Below are positions 35,285 to 48,337 of a stretch of DNA of 64,000 nucleotides, piece by piece. This DNA is from Octopus vulgaris (taxonomy: Eukaryota), in NCBI GenBank assembly GCA_951406725.2, contig OX597833.1, positions 17,856,001 through 17,920,000 of the forward strand, in the 5' to 3' direction. Below the pieces are notes generated by a model, which searched no databases, was not told the DNA's origin, and saw only the letters and a program-made list of their open reading frames with translations. Each line of letters begins with the position of its first letter. Within the stretch, counting starts at the first letter, position 1. Made by a program: the position numbers and the translations under genes.

Positions 35285-36869
35285 AATTGGAGCAGGGTAA
35301 GGGTGTGTGAAACAGTGATTCAGTACTGTGGTGGTAGCAGAGTGGTAGGCGATAGCAGTACATACAAAAGAAAGTAGGAGGAGAAAAACGGACTCCCCTA
35401 CCACGACCACCACTACTTGCTCACATACATTCTGAAATATATAATAGATTCTAATGGTGTGAGATGTATTGAAGTTAATCTTTCCCTGAATATTTCATTT
35501 GCATACAGTATGAAGTCCCAGAAGATAAAACTATTTCAGACTCTCTTAATTCAAATTAGTCATAGAGACCACTTTATTTTGTTTGTGATTCACGGCTCTC
35601 ATTTTGATGTGAATTTTGCTAACGAAGTTGCACTACAATTGCAGGTTTAGATCACGTTGCTTTCTGAAACAAACTTACAGAAAGAAAATATAAATAACAA
35701 AATTCAAGAGTCTGATTTGAAAATATAACGATCTGAAGTCTAGCAAGTATGTCTACAGAAAGAAACGCTTTTTTTTTTTTATTGTTTTCCTTCGATTAAT
35801 CACCAGAATCCAGTCGATTATTGAATAAATGAAAGTAAAACTGCAACGTTTTTACTAATTCAAACAGTTTTCGTAGACAGCTTTAGAATGAGTCACACCG
35901 ACTGTGTTCCTGCTGCATTCTGTATCTGATAACAATAACTGTCTTTGAAATTATTTCTTTTACAAGAATAAAAATAAAATAAAAAATACAAAGAATATAA
36001 ATAAAAGTAATCAAGTGTATGACTGCCATCTTTGTCTCCACAGCAATGTTCTGTTCTATTATTGTCGACGTGAATTCTGTAAGTCAAGTTATTTCAAAGA
36101 TGAGACGAAAAGTATTGAATTATATTCACTTTACATGTATCACGATTATGTTCAAACTACTATAATTACCCGTATACATTTGTCCTAAACTAAAGAACGA
36201 AGCAGGTAACTTTCCAAGCTAATATATGCTTGGCAGGAAGTAATTATAGAGTCTCTAAATTATTGTCGCATGCAACAGTGAATGTTGGATATGTGTCGGC
36301 TGCTGCCTCTCAGTTATTATCGTATGCAAGCGTGAATGTATTGAAACGTGTATCGGCTGCTGTTGCGTATTAATTTCGTTATTTCTTTTTAATCTCTCGG
36401 TGTTAATAAGAAAAATAATAAATCTCGGGCTTACAGATGCTCTTACGAACAATATATTTTCTCAGATAGAACACTAATTAATGATTAAACTCACTGGATT
36501 TTGGACAGTTCGGGAATCTTTTCTGTTTAGCTGCCACTTCACATTTTCTTCAATTTTTGTTTCAATTGATTTCATATCTGGTGTGTTTCAGCAGTTTTGT
36601 ATGGTAATCATTCACATGAAATTCATTTTCGCCATAAGTCAATAAATAAAGAGTTAATAGCTTTTAAAGCTTGTAAATTTCGGATAATTCTTTCTAATCG
36701 AAAGCCACAGACATAGTAACAAATCTGCTTCCATAGTAACAAGCTAAGCTGTTACCAAGCTGTTTACCTACGCGGTCATTTTTTGCTTATTAAATGATTA
36801 AAATACAAGAGGTATGAGGTGGTCATGAGATGTATCTCTTCACGTTTTAGATTGCAAGCCTGGTTTCCT

Positions 36870-37560
36870 TTTGCTGGTATCAAAGCCTCGTATTTCTTTA
36901 GAAACCACCTCGATTTCAGTGGTGTATGAAACCATTAAGGTGACATCGTCCGCACTAGCCAATACGGATCTTGCGCATGCAAGTTTGAACGAGAAGTTCC
37001 CCATCCCCGCCATCCGGTTTCAGTCCGTACTAGAGGCTCGAGAGTCAGTACATGAAAGAGAAGGGATGAAAGAGAACAACCTCGATAGAGCGAACGTGCG
37101 ATCTACAACGGTTCTGACCGGTGGTCATTTACCCGGACCACTAGGTAAACATCGCTGTTTATTGAAACAAACCACTCCTTGAAGACGAAACCGAAACCGG
37201 CTGCTTGGAGAACAACTACAAAGCAAAGAGAGTCGACATTTTCGACAGCTTTTAATAGATCCAGGTCGATTGGATCCGAACCAAAGCCAGGTTTACTTCC
37301 CCACTCCCCTACGATGCATCGCATAAAGTGGAAGTTGTCGTGGATAGGTCTGTGTGGTATTGTTCACGTCCGACTGCTCTTCAACGACAAGTGCTAACCT
37401 TTTTGTTAAAACCTTGCTTAAAATCTTGAACTTAGCATGCAGAGTTATGGGCCAGAAATTATCGATTACATCTTCCATGTACGCCCTCTTCTCCGCTTAC
37501 AAAACTGAGTACACTTCTGTTCTGATGCTAATTGCAGTAAAACTCTGCCAAGGCGTTGGT
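36870..37560 (-). pseudogene. Tx1/L1-clade LINE RT fragment
   Basis: NFWPITL...KILSKVLTKRLALVV and DLDLLKAVENVD...VLQAAGFGFVFKEW...VRVNDHRSEP match RT subdomains (NFRPITLLN, LDQSKAFDRV). Confidence 0.8.
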
Positions 37561-37584
37561 ATTCAGGTCTTACAATATACTCTC

Positions 37585-37945
37585 TTACTCTTTTACTGTG
37601 GCCATGCTGGAGCACCGCCTTTAGTCGAGCAAATCGATCCCAGGACTTATTCTTTAGAAGCTTAGTACTTATTCAATCGGTCTCTTTTGCTGAACCGCTA
37701 AGTTACGGGGACGTAAACCCACCAGCATCGGTTGTCAAGCGATGTTGGGGGGACAAATACAGACACATATACATACATATATACAACGGGCTTCTTTCAG
37801 TTTCCATCTACCAAATCCACCCACAAGGCTTTGGTCGGCCCGAGATATAGTAGAAGACACTTGCCCAAGGTTCCACGCAGTGGAACTGAACTCGGAACGA
37901 TGTGGTTGGTAAGCAGCTACTTACCACTCAGCCACTCCTACACCT
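37585..37945 (-). mobile_element. SINE B
   Basis: Near-full copy. Confidence 0.85.
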
Positions 37946-37949
37946 ATGT

Positions 37950-38300
37950 AAGGCTCATGGAGTAGGCCATCCAAAACAGCCGATCTGCGCCATGCACAAC
38001 CACTTGTCGTATACTGCATTTCAGCTGCGGCTATCGACTTTTTACAGAACTCCTTATCTTCCGACAGGGGTTGCGACAGGCTGTTGAATTGGGCCAATAA
38101 AGTCTGCTATTATGTCCGTCCTACCGCTCAATCCGAACTGTTGAGCATAATGTCGCTAAAAAACCACGGACTTGTGATTAAAATTGTAAAGTACACGCCT
38201 ATCCTGATCTGTCAAATAGCGAACTGTGGCTATATGCTGTTGCGCCTCTTCTACTCCAATTCATGTTGTGCAGACAAAAGAAAGCTGGAAAGGTTATTTA
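37950..38300 (-). pseudogene. Possible Gypsy integrase remnant
   Basis: DFIGPIQQPVATPVGR*GVL*KVDS and GCFGWP resemble rve-domain DxxGPL...VD...RFGxP; heavily decayed. Confidence 0.3.
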
Positions 38301-38786
38301 TCTTGACTTTGTAGAAGGCTTCAGTTCGGTTTTCTCAGCAGTTGAGCGAAGTCCCACGACAACCCTGTCTAAAAGTTTTTTGTCCACCCTCTTACAAAAA
38401 CTTCCAACAACACATGGGAATTTAATCTCTTGGCTTCCGTAAGACTCTTCCAATTAGTCTGTTAAATTTTGGGATCTTGGTGGTAGGTCGAATTTGAGAT
38501 TGTTGAAAATACTCAATTTTGTTTGCGTATTGTTTTCAGAAAATCTTTGATTCATGTAATCCAACAATGAATTTGGTTGCTAAAGTTTTGAATGAATTTG
38601 TTCCTGTTTCCTGTTTTTTGGTATGGTTGTTCCGGAATTGGTATCATATTTACACGAAATATGGAATAATGACTATCGTCTTTTTTTAGTATGATCGTAA
38701 TTAAACTATGTGTACACCCTTAGTAATATTTATATAGTTCAGTACTTTTTGCATCTGGCTAAAAAAAAACCACAACCTACCACAGC

Positions 38787-38824
<38 letters not shown>

Positions 38825-39722
38825 ACACACACACACATACACACACACACAGAGGCACTTATGCACACATGTACACACGTGGATGTATAATACATCAACG
38901 AAGTTAGGAAAAAATGCCAGGTTTATTTCTATAACATTCACTCTTTTTTTGAGCATATCTGTAATTCTAGTACTTTCGGAAATGTCTGTAACATGCATCT
39001 GCTGTTATTAATTTTCAAGTCGGTAAAAAAAAAAAATGGAAAAGAAAATTCATGCAGTTATGTATGTTTTTCTTTGCGGTCTCGTTACTGATGTTGTTAG
39101 TCATAGATAAATTGCTTTACTGACCAGCAGAAGACGTGAATAAAATCCTTTTCGCTGTTATCAAGCACTTTGTTTTATTATTGTAATCTAATTTGCAATT
39201 CTCAACTAACCTAATTTATCCTTCCTTTACCCTTCGTCTGCGAGAGAGAAAGAAAGGTGAGGGGTAATGTTGTCGGACTTTCACTCTTGTTTTGAGATAC
39301 CCCTGTTCACAGGAAAAGCTAAATCTGGCACCGCATACCTTATAAGAAAAGATGTTTGCTTAACTTTTAAGTAGAAAGCGACAACTGTGATGAATGTCGG
39401 GTATCTGAATGTAAACCGCCAAAGTAGATCTGTACGAACCTCAGTCGCCACTCGGGAATGTCGTTCTGGGCAAAACTACATCATTATGACTGCACGGTTT
39501 TTGATTTTTTCAGACGTTCTGACACATAACGACATTACAAGAATTCCTAATCGCTATTCTTAAGGTTTTGATGTTGGCTTTGATTTCTCAAACATCGTGT
39601 TTGTAAATGAATTTCATTATAGGTGCAAGCATGGCCGTGTTTGGCCGTGTTGTTAAGAAGCTCGCTTTTGTAGCCATGTGATTTCAGGTTCAGTCCTATT
39701 GTATGGCTTCTTGGGCAAGTGA

Positions 39723-40580
39723 CTTCTTATTTCTTTATTGCCCACAAGGGGCTAAGCATAGAGGGGACAAACAAGGAAAGACAAAGGGATTAAGTCGATT
39801 ACATCGACACCAGTGTGTAACTGGTACTTAATTCATCGACCCCGAAAGGATGAAAGGGGTAAAGTTGACGTCGGCGGAATTTGAACTCAGAACGTAACGG
39901 CAGATGAAATACCGCTAAGCATTTCGCCCGGCGTGCTAACGTTTCTTATTTCTTTATTGCTCACAAGGGGCTAAGCATAGAGGGGACAAACAAGGAAAGA
40001 CAAAGGGATTAAGTCGATTACATCGACCCCAGTGCATAACTGGTACTTAATTTATCGACCCCGAAAGGATGAAAGGGGTAAAGTTGACGTCAGCAGAATT
40101 TGAACTCAGAACGTAACGGCAGACGAAAAACCGCTAAGCATTTCGCCCGGCGTGCTAACGTTTCTTATTTCTTTATTGCCCACAAGGAGCTAAACATAGA
40201 GGGGACAAACAAGGACAAATGGATTAAGTCAATTACATCGACCCCAAGAGTGTAACTGGTACTTAATTTATCGACCCCGGAAGGATGAAAGGCAAAGTCA
40301 ACCTCGGCGGAATTTGAACTCAGAACATAAAGAAAAACGAAATACCTATTTCTTTACTACCCACAAGGGGCTAAACACAGAGAGGACAAACAAGGACAGA
40401 CAAACGGATTAAGACGATTACATCGGCCCCAGTGCGTAACTGGTACTTAATTTATCGACCCCGAGAGGATGAAATGGGTAAAGTTGACGTCGGTGGAATT
40501 TGAACTCAGAACGTAACGGCAGACGAAATACTGCTAAGCATTTCGCCCGGCGTGCTAACGTTTCTGCCAGCTCGCCACCT
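39723..40580 (-). mobile_element. SINE A tetramer inserted into a SINE B core, 12-bp TSD
   Basis: Four units; ttgggcaagtga at 39711-39722 and 40581-40592. Confidence 0.9.
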
Positions 40581-40713
40581 TTGGGCAAGTGATTTATACT
40601 ATAGCCCCAGGCCGACCAACCAATGTATTGTGAATGCATTTGGTAGATGGAATCTATGTGGAAGCCTATAGAACCGAGCGTCAAGCTAATATACTTCTTG
40701 TGCACGTACTCAC

Positions 40714-40748
40714 GTTCATTGTTTTCCGTTTCGAGTATTCACGTTCTT
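40714..40748 (-). other. Candidate 35-nt 5'UTR microexon
   Basis: Long polypyrimidine tract ...tattttccccatgtctatcgtttctttcAG, then 35 nt, then donor AAC|GTGAGT, in non-repetitive sequence on the protocadherin strand. Confidence 0.35.
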
Positions 40749-40977
40749 CTGAAAGAAACGATAGACATGGGGAAAATAGAATGGAGAATGCAAAAATCGA
40801 GAAATAGAAACGCACGTGTATCAAACCATCTAGTTGTGTGTATGTCTTAGCATTTGTATTTTTTTCCACACCACGAGCTGACAGCTGCTTTTGTCCCGTT
40901 TACATCCCCGTAACTTAGCGGTTCGGCAAATATGACAGATAGGTTAAGCACCAGATTAAAGGCAAAATAAAATAAAC

Positions 40978-41372
40978 GGATCTTTTCGGTTTGAACGGCA
41001 GTTTTTAAAAATCATTTCCACGTAACTAAACACTTTTAAACTTCGTATACTGGTAGAATGTGTTTATAAAACATATTTTTCTCTTGGCTTTATTGAGAAA
41101 ATTCTATAGTTGTTGTTTTTTTCTTCAATTTCTGCAATTTCAACCAATCACTGACGTCTATTGAGGTGAAAACATTCTGTGCCGTATGAATATGTCCCTC
41201 GTTTAAGAAACAGATTGGGTTTATTTACATTTCTGAAGAAAAAAAGATACCCTTCACCCACCCCTAACCCTAACCCTAAAACAGATTGATATACAATAGA
41301 TCGATACTAGGATCATAATTATGGGTGACAATTTCATATTGACAAAAACTGCCGTTCAAACCGAAAAGATCC
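40978..41372. mobile_element. MITE with perfect 29-bp TIRs and internal (CCCTAA)3
   Basis: ggatcttttcggtttgaacggcagttttt / aaaaactgccgttcaaaccgaaaagatcc; it splits a SINE B tail. Confidence 0.85.
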
Positions 41373-42484
41373 AAATAAATAAATAAAAATATAAAAAATT
41401 AGAACGGGTGTCAGTTTGTTCGGCCCAAACCCTTGAAAGCGGTGCCCCAGCGTGGTCGCAGTCTAATGACTGAAACAAGTAAAATACAGATGATAGTTGA
41501 TGGATCATCAATAAAACAAACAAAAGAGAAGAGATGGTATCAGAACAAAAATTGTTGTAACGCTGTCGTTCATCCTTGACAAAGGCATTCACTCTATAGC
41601 TACAGCATGGTGCATTTTCGTGTGTATGTGGGTGCATGTGAGTATGTGTGTGTGCGTGTATGTCTTCGCTTTGGATATTTAAAAGATCTTGCCTCTCTGT
41701 GTGCTTCTATAACCTGGTATGCAAAGCATATGTTAACTACATTAATATTATTGTGCGAGAAAAGAAACGTAATTAACTGTAACAGCAAGTCGTTTTTATT
41801 GAAACTTACTTAAAGAATATATAGATTTTCAACTAAGACATAATAACCAAAAGCAATAGTAAGGCACCACTAAAGCGATATATCACAAAATACTTCTGAT
41901 TCATACATCATATTATTTCCCTTCCTTTCTCAGTTACGCTCAAATGAGAGTAATGCCAGTTTTGTTTCAACGACCAAAATTTTTTTAAGCTACGACTATT
42001 GCACTTCAAGACATAAATATTTTTTCTGTCATTTTTTTTTTGTCTTTTTAGTAAGAAATATCATTGTGTTTCCAATTAAAATAGCTGAAAGTAACACAAA
42101 ATATCCCGAACGTCACTTTGTCTTTATAAGAAGAATACAGATGTTATTCGAATAGAGATAATTGGCGCGACATGAGAAGTCGTAAGAAAAATGTTCCCCA
42201 CACGTCATAACGCTTCTCGAAAGAGATTTTGGTCGGTAAAACAAAAAGTGACACGGCGTTTCGTTGTGTGCTGACCTACTTTCTAATGGAAAAGCCAGAG
42301 GTTGTTACCAAAGGTGAGTGTGAGTAAAGGTGAGTGTATATATATATATATATATATAAATACAAAATGGGACAAGAACGCAAAACACCCAGATAGACGA
42401 TACAAAAAACACGGATGGGTCATTCGAAGCCTTTAATCTTCAGTCAAGAACCGGATCATTCTCGCAATTTCGGCTGATTAATCT

Positions 42485-42512
<28 letters not shown>

Positions 42513-42515
<3 letters not shown>

Positions 42516-42802
42516 CGAGCAAAACGTCCCCCGTCCAATGGACGGTGCTGAGTTGTCAAACATTTAAACCAAATTTTCTCAAAACAACTTGTCCGACCGT
42601 CCCATTGTGTGGCATTATTACAAGCCAGTCGGCTTTATCGATTACATTCTCACGTGGAATCAATTTTTGTAATTTTTCCAAGACTTACACACGCCCTGAT
42701 ATCGTCGGTATCTACATATCAAATTTGAGCGCAATCGGATGGAGGATGCCCGAGATCCTAGAAGACACAGACGGACAGAACGGATTTTATATAATAGATA
42801 TA
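42513..42802 (-). mobile_element. Helentron/HINE-like element
   Basis: Near-terminal hairpin ccgtcc-aat-ggacgg; other end gacacagacggacagaacggattttatataatagat, typical of DINE-1/HINE-like termini. Confidence 0.55.
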
Positions 42803-43596
42803 AATACTAGCTGACGTACCCTGCAATTACCAGGAAATCGGGGCTTATACCTTGGTTCCGTTCTCATAATTGCTTCGCTAATCCATTAAAAACAATAGTA
42901 TATAACATTTAAACGGTTTTTGTGCATTTACGGAGAATACCGAACTGTCTTACACAGGATCTTGTTTTTAGGAATTCCCAATAAGTTATGAATACCCAAA
43001 TTGTGAAGTCAGTTATGTAATAACATGAAATTAGTTATCCGCTGGTAAGAATTCAAATAAAGTAGCCCCGAAAAGGGCTTTAATGTATTTCCAGAGTATA
43101 TAGAACTTAGGAGGAAATACTAATAAGGTATGTATACTAAAATCGTGAAGCATGTTACATAATAACAGGCTAATCAGATATGAGATAATAACAATTCAAA
43201 ATAAATAACTCTGAAAAGGGCTTTTGTCCGTTCCCAGAGAATATTACCCTCAGTGGCGCTAGTGTTGGTATATTCGTGAATAAGTCACAAACCGAAATAA
43301 GTGGATCTATTATTTAGGAAAATACTATTTACTTATTTAAAGGTTGTACTGGATAAATTGCGAAAATAACTCTAACAGTTCATATACTAATAAAGATGCT
43401 TATTCAATTTGATTTATACCAAATGATTTAAGAAAATGAATGGGTTATTTCCATAGGAAAATATGTAAAGGGTGTACATGCACATTTCAGGAGTTATTGC
43501 CTCTTCATTAGTACCCATTAATTATCCACCGTAGGACACAGTATCGACTTAAAAACTTTTAACATAAACGAAATAGTGTCCCTACCAGAAATTAAT

Positions 43597-43650
<54 letters not shown>

Positions 43651-43810
43651 TCTAAAGAGACTACTGTTGATCGGAGTCGGCAAGATTTGAATTATTAAGT
43701 AGAATAGATATAAAGAGTACAGTGAAGTTGCCGTGGAGAGTGAAAACTCCAATGTTTCAGCCATAGGATGTAAAACTCTGCTGTCTTTCATTAATTTCCT
43801 CTCCGTCAAC

Positions 43811-43846
43811 TTTTTCTGAAGAAGGACCTTGTCTAAAACGTTGAAA
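43811..43846 (+). ncRNA. Decayed minimal hammerhead-like motif
   Basis: UUUU-CUGAAGA-A-GGAC-CUU-GUCU-AAAACGUU-GAAA (G12 mutated to A). Confidence 0.35.
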
Positions 43847-44651
43847 TTTCCATGGTTAGTTCACTGCACTCTTTATGTATGTGAGTGTGTGTGTGTGTGT
43901 GTGTGTTAAAATGTACACAAGCACACACACACACACACACACTTCACATAGGATGGGCATAATAGAAGTGTTCCTCATTCTATTCGTGCTCTACGCGGTT
44001 AGATAACAACCATCACAGCTACAAAAAGCTTGTATGCAGAATCCGGGTCACCATATAGAAACAAACTGAAAACAGAAAATGTAACCGGTATTTTATGCTT
44101 TATATAATGTACACATGTTTCATTAAGCCGATTGCCATTTTTACATAAGCCGGTTGACCCTATTACGAAACAAAATACTTCCTCATTATTTTCAGCGATA
44201 ATACAATATAAAGAAATGTACAAGGCGTTATATGCATCGGTATGCACATTAAGTACCATCTGGTTATTGCAGCAAAATAGAATGTAGGAAATTAGAGGGT
44301 AAGAATTTGTGAAAGCAGAGTGATAGGGTGGAGATGAAAGAGTATCAAGGCCACGCCTACACCCATATACGCTCCAGTGGACGCACGCACTCACATGTAC
44401 TCGCATATACCAACATGTATATATACGGTAACTAACACGAAGGAGGGAGGAAGAAACGGAGTCCAAACAAAACAATAATACAAATATTAATGAAATAGTA
44501 AAATGGCAATAATAGGAAAAATACCGAGGAAGTAAACGAATTTACTGTGTTGCGTAATCCAGATTATGTAATAACGGAAATCGGCTTATTGAAACTCGTG
44601 TACATTATCTAAAACATGAATACGGGATATGTTTTCTATGTTCATTTGTTT

Positions 44652-44726
<75 letters not shown>

Positions 44727-44865
44727 AAAGTCTATTTGCCAACACAACGTGGCAGTCCTATACAGAACGATGGTACACATCTTTTCCAGTTGGCTACCAA
44801 CTCATGATCTGTGTCCGCATACTGTGTGCAAGGGACTTTACTGCTCACCTTCTAGCAGCAGTGCA

Positions 44866-44923
<58 letters not shown>

Positions 44924-44926
<3 letters not shown>

Positions 44927-45130
44927 AAATTAGAGACAAAACCACTATTATGCAAATCAAACAAAGAAAGACTTAAGCCAATACATAAATTAATACATAA
45001 ATTAATATAAATTTTGAAATTTAACAATTTATAATTGTTAAATTTCTAAATTTATATAAATTAATTTATGTATTGGCTTAAGTCTTTCTTTGTTTGATTT
45101 GCATAATAGTGGTTTTGTCTCTAATTTAAT
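44924..45130. repeat. 207-bp foldback palindrome
   Basis: Perfect 71-bp outer arms (44924-44994 and 45060-45130) plus 24-bp inner arms with one mismatch around a 3-nt loop. Confidence 0.95.
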
Positions 45131-45217
45131 ATAATATAATATAATATTTTACTATAAAATTGGATTCAATCCTAAATCTGATTTTTCCCTGTAAATTTGG
45201 ATTTATTCCCTAATATT

Positions 45218-45265
<48 letters not shown>

Positions 45266-45929
45266 ATGTATGTATGTATGTATGTATGTATGTATGTATA
45301 TATATATATATGTATGTATGTATATGTATATAGATAGATACTAACAACGTTAACAGGAAGTGTATCGTCTCCTGGACACATTACATCCCTCTTGGCACAA
45401 GAATACAATCTTATGATCTTGAGCATAACACCCTAACCACTAAGCCACGCACCTCCACACTCGCACACACACATAGTTCATGTAGTCGTTGGTTATGGCT
45501 GAGCAGAAGATTACCATTGGTTCTATTCTTGCACTCAACAAAATAGGCGACTCATAAAACTTGCTGGCCTGAGGTACATAACCTCTTTACTAATGGAGGT
45601 AAAAATATAGTCTTGGTCAGCTTAATGGTGGTGATGATGATGGTGGTGGTGGTGGTGGTGGTGGGGAAAGTCACACGAAAGGAAATATTTTTCGGTGAGT
45701 AAACTCCTCCTCGGAGAGACGGGGTTACTTCGCTTTGAAGATCCCAGTTGTGTTGGAAGAGGCTTAATCCATGTACATTTTCCGTTCACTTGTTGCATAA
45801 AGAGCAATCACACAAACGCATTTACAGAACAGCCTGTTCATACATTACGTGAATACACACACATATATCTACATCTATGTGCACGCATTAACATACATTC
45901 AACATATTCGCAAATTCGGGGATTATGAC

Positions 45930-46402
45930 TTAAACATTCAGCATTTAAACTGGTCGTATATGGGTCAAATAATCTCCCTGTTTAAAATGCTCAACCAAAC
46001 CAGATCCGGTACTTCACATCGACAGTACAATATCATTATAAAAATAAAAGGCGGCGAGCTGGCAGAAGCGTTATCGCGCCGGACGAAATGCTTAACCGTT
46101 ACGTTCTGAGTTCAAATTCCACCGAGTTTGACTTTGCCTTTCATCCTTTCGGGGTCGATAAATTAAGTACCAGTTACGCACTGGGGTCGATGTAGTCGAC
46201 TTAATCTTTTTGTCTGTCCTTGTTTGTCCCCTCTATGTTTAGCCCCTTGTGGGCAATAAAGAAATAAGTAAAATATCATTATAAAAATTAACAATGACAT
46301 CATCGAAATCTCGAAGCTACGAGATAATGCCTGATTAATTCAAGACAATATGACTTAATAAGCGTTACATTGGACAGGGTTATCCGAATTCTAAAGGGTT
46401 AA
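45930..46402. mobile_element. TTAA-type MITE containing SINE A (46046-46271) with 17-bp TSD
   Basis: aatatcattataaaaat at 46029-46045 and 46272-46288; MITE ends ctaaagggttaa. A second decayed MITE copy lies at ~46440-46620. Confidence 0.8.
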
Positions 46403-46979
46403 GCCAGCTATACATTGCCAAAATATTCTCTGCTTGTTTTATGGGAAAACAGGCCACATCCGGTCTCTTACATCTACAGTACAATAATATCATTACAAAA
46501 ATAAACAATCGCAACATCGAAATCTCGAAGCCATGAGATAATGAATGATAATGAATTTAAAACAATGGGATAGAAATAAGCACAATATTTGAGAGAATAA
46601 TCTGAATGCTAAAGGTAAACCAAACATTCAAGCCTTATCACGGCTTAAACACCCAAAAGAACTTATATATAGATCGCATACGTTGAAGGTAGACATCTTT
46701 AACGTAGACGAAAGAAGGAGTTGTGGACCTCACTAACACAATAATGTTAAATATTTATTGCATATGAAGAAAATATTATATAAAACGGATATGCAATTCA
46801 TTATCGACAATGATAATAAGATATATAACCAAGTGGCATGCAATAAAAATCGATATATACATACTAACAATTCATGAAACTCTCGGACCTTGAGTCACTC
46901 TGTTACTTCTTGCTAAATATTAATAAAAATGTACATATACTCAAAAATTGAGTTCTATTTTTCCTATTCGCTTCACCAT

Positions 46980-47023
<44 letters not shown>

Positions 47024-47029
<6 letters not shown>

Positions 47030-47167
47030 GTAATATGTGACAATTATTCGGTAGCCATGATAAAACTCCGAGTTTCGGATGTCGGGGTGGAAATCTACGC
47101 CGCCATCTCTTCAGTTATCCGGCCATCGGAAAAATGCTACCGAATAATTGTCACATATTACCTTTAC
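47024..47167 (-). mobile_element. Foldback element (32-bp arms) enclosing a type I hammerhead motif (47059-47119)
   Basis: Arms 47024-47055 and 47136-47167 match at 31/32; interior on the minus strand is GAUAA-CUGAAGA-GAUG...CAUCC-GAAACU-CGG-AGUU-UUAUC. Confidence 0.7.
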
Positions 47168-47232
47168 AGATAAATTCCTATATTTACATAATATCGACGT
47201 CTTTTTCTTTCCTTTGCTGTCTTACCATTTTT

Positions 47233-47300
<68 letters not shown>

Positions 47301-47899
47301 TATATATATATATATTAGTTCATTTTTATTATTATTGTTTTTTTTTTTACCTTAAAGCCATGAAATAAATTTTCTTAAAGGATGTAGGATATATTACGTA
47401 TTTGATATTTTTCTCTTTCCATATTATTTACTTACATTAAATTTATTTACTTACATTAAATTTTATTTCATTATTATTATTATAAAACATGTACAATAAC
47501 TTATTATTATTATATTTAGAAACTATTTATCCCTTTCGGATAACTCCGGTTAATAGTTAATTGCCACTGTTTGTTTCTGCTTGACTTAAATTTTATAACT
47601 TTAAATTTTTACATTGCCGTATTATAGGTAAGTATGATATTATATGGGGTTATTATATATTTATATAAACATGCGGTCTTCTGCTTCCTTTTTTCCTTTT
47701 TCTTTTTCCCCTTCTCAATACCCTTTGATATTACATTAATCTCTTCTTTTCTTTCTTTAAGACGCAAAATATACACTACCTTCTCTCTCTATGTTGGACT
47801 GAGGCCTGCTATAACCGGCTATTTTTGTGTGTATGCTATGAATTAACGGTTTATAGCCATTAGTTCAACTTGTATTTCTAATCGGTATGTCTCTGCTAC

Positions 47900-47979
47900 C
47901 TCCGAAGAGATTCATCTTATGATGATTTTAATTTTATAAATTAATTACCTAAAGATTCCTGAATCGAAACAGCTGTCAG
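47900..47979 (+). ncRNA. Hammerhead-like motif (CCGAAGA core)
   Basis: CU-CCGAAGA-GAUUCA-(45 nt)-UGAAUC-GAAAC-AGCU-GUC-AG; stem I is only 2 bp. Confidence 0.35.
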
Positions 47980-48082
47980 AAATGTCATATTTTATAATTA
48001 GTAAATAATTTTGTTAATTACCTCACCATTTTCTCCTTATTCTTCACACACACACACACACAAACACATATATATAAGGAAT

Positions 48083-48337
48083 AATGCACCAATATTTACT
48101 GGAAATAGCAGACGATAATATACAAAGAGAACTAATCAAATTTACGTTAACAAACGCAGTTTGGAAAGTCGGAAACCTAGGTCCTAGATTATCCACATCT
48201 GGGTTGTACATTTATTTAATGTTCTTCTTACAGGTAAGATGAAATTTTTTATGTTCGCCGCCCGCAAATGACACAGTGAAGCTTTACTATAGAGTTGCAT
48301 ATTATCGTCTGCTATTTTCAGTAAATATTGGTGCATT
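48083..48337. mobile_element. MITE/foldback with 39-bp inverted arms
   Basis: aatgcaccaatatttactggaaatagcagacgataatat / atattatcgtctgctattttcagtaaatattggtgcatt, one mismatch. Confidence 0.8.

Noticed and set aside
36266-36740. Imperfect ~54-bp tandem duplication (36266-36372) and X-box-like GCTTCCATAGTAAC (36727-36740)
   Set aside because: A single imperfect motif with no positional or comparative support.
43999-44475. 158-aa minus-strand ORF; also the 89-aa ORF at 54944-55213
   Set aside because: No cadherin or other recognisable motifs; not supportable as protocadherin pseudogenes.
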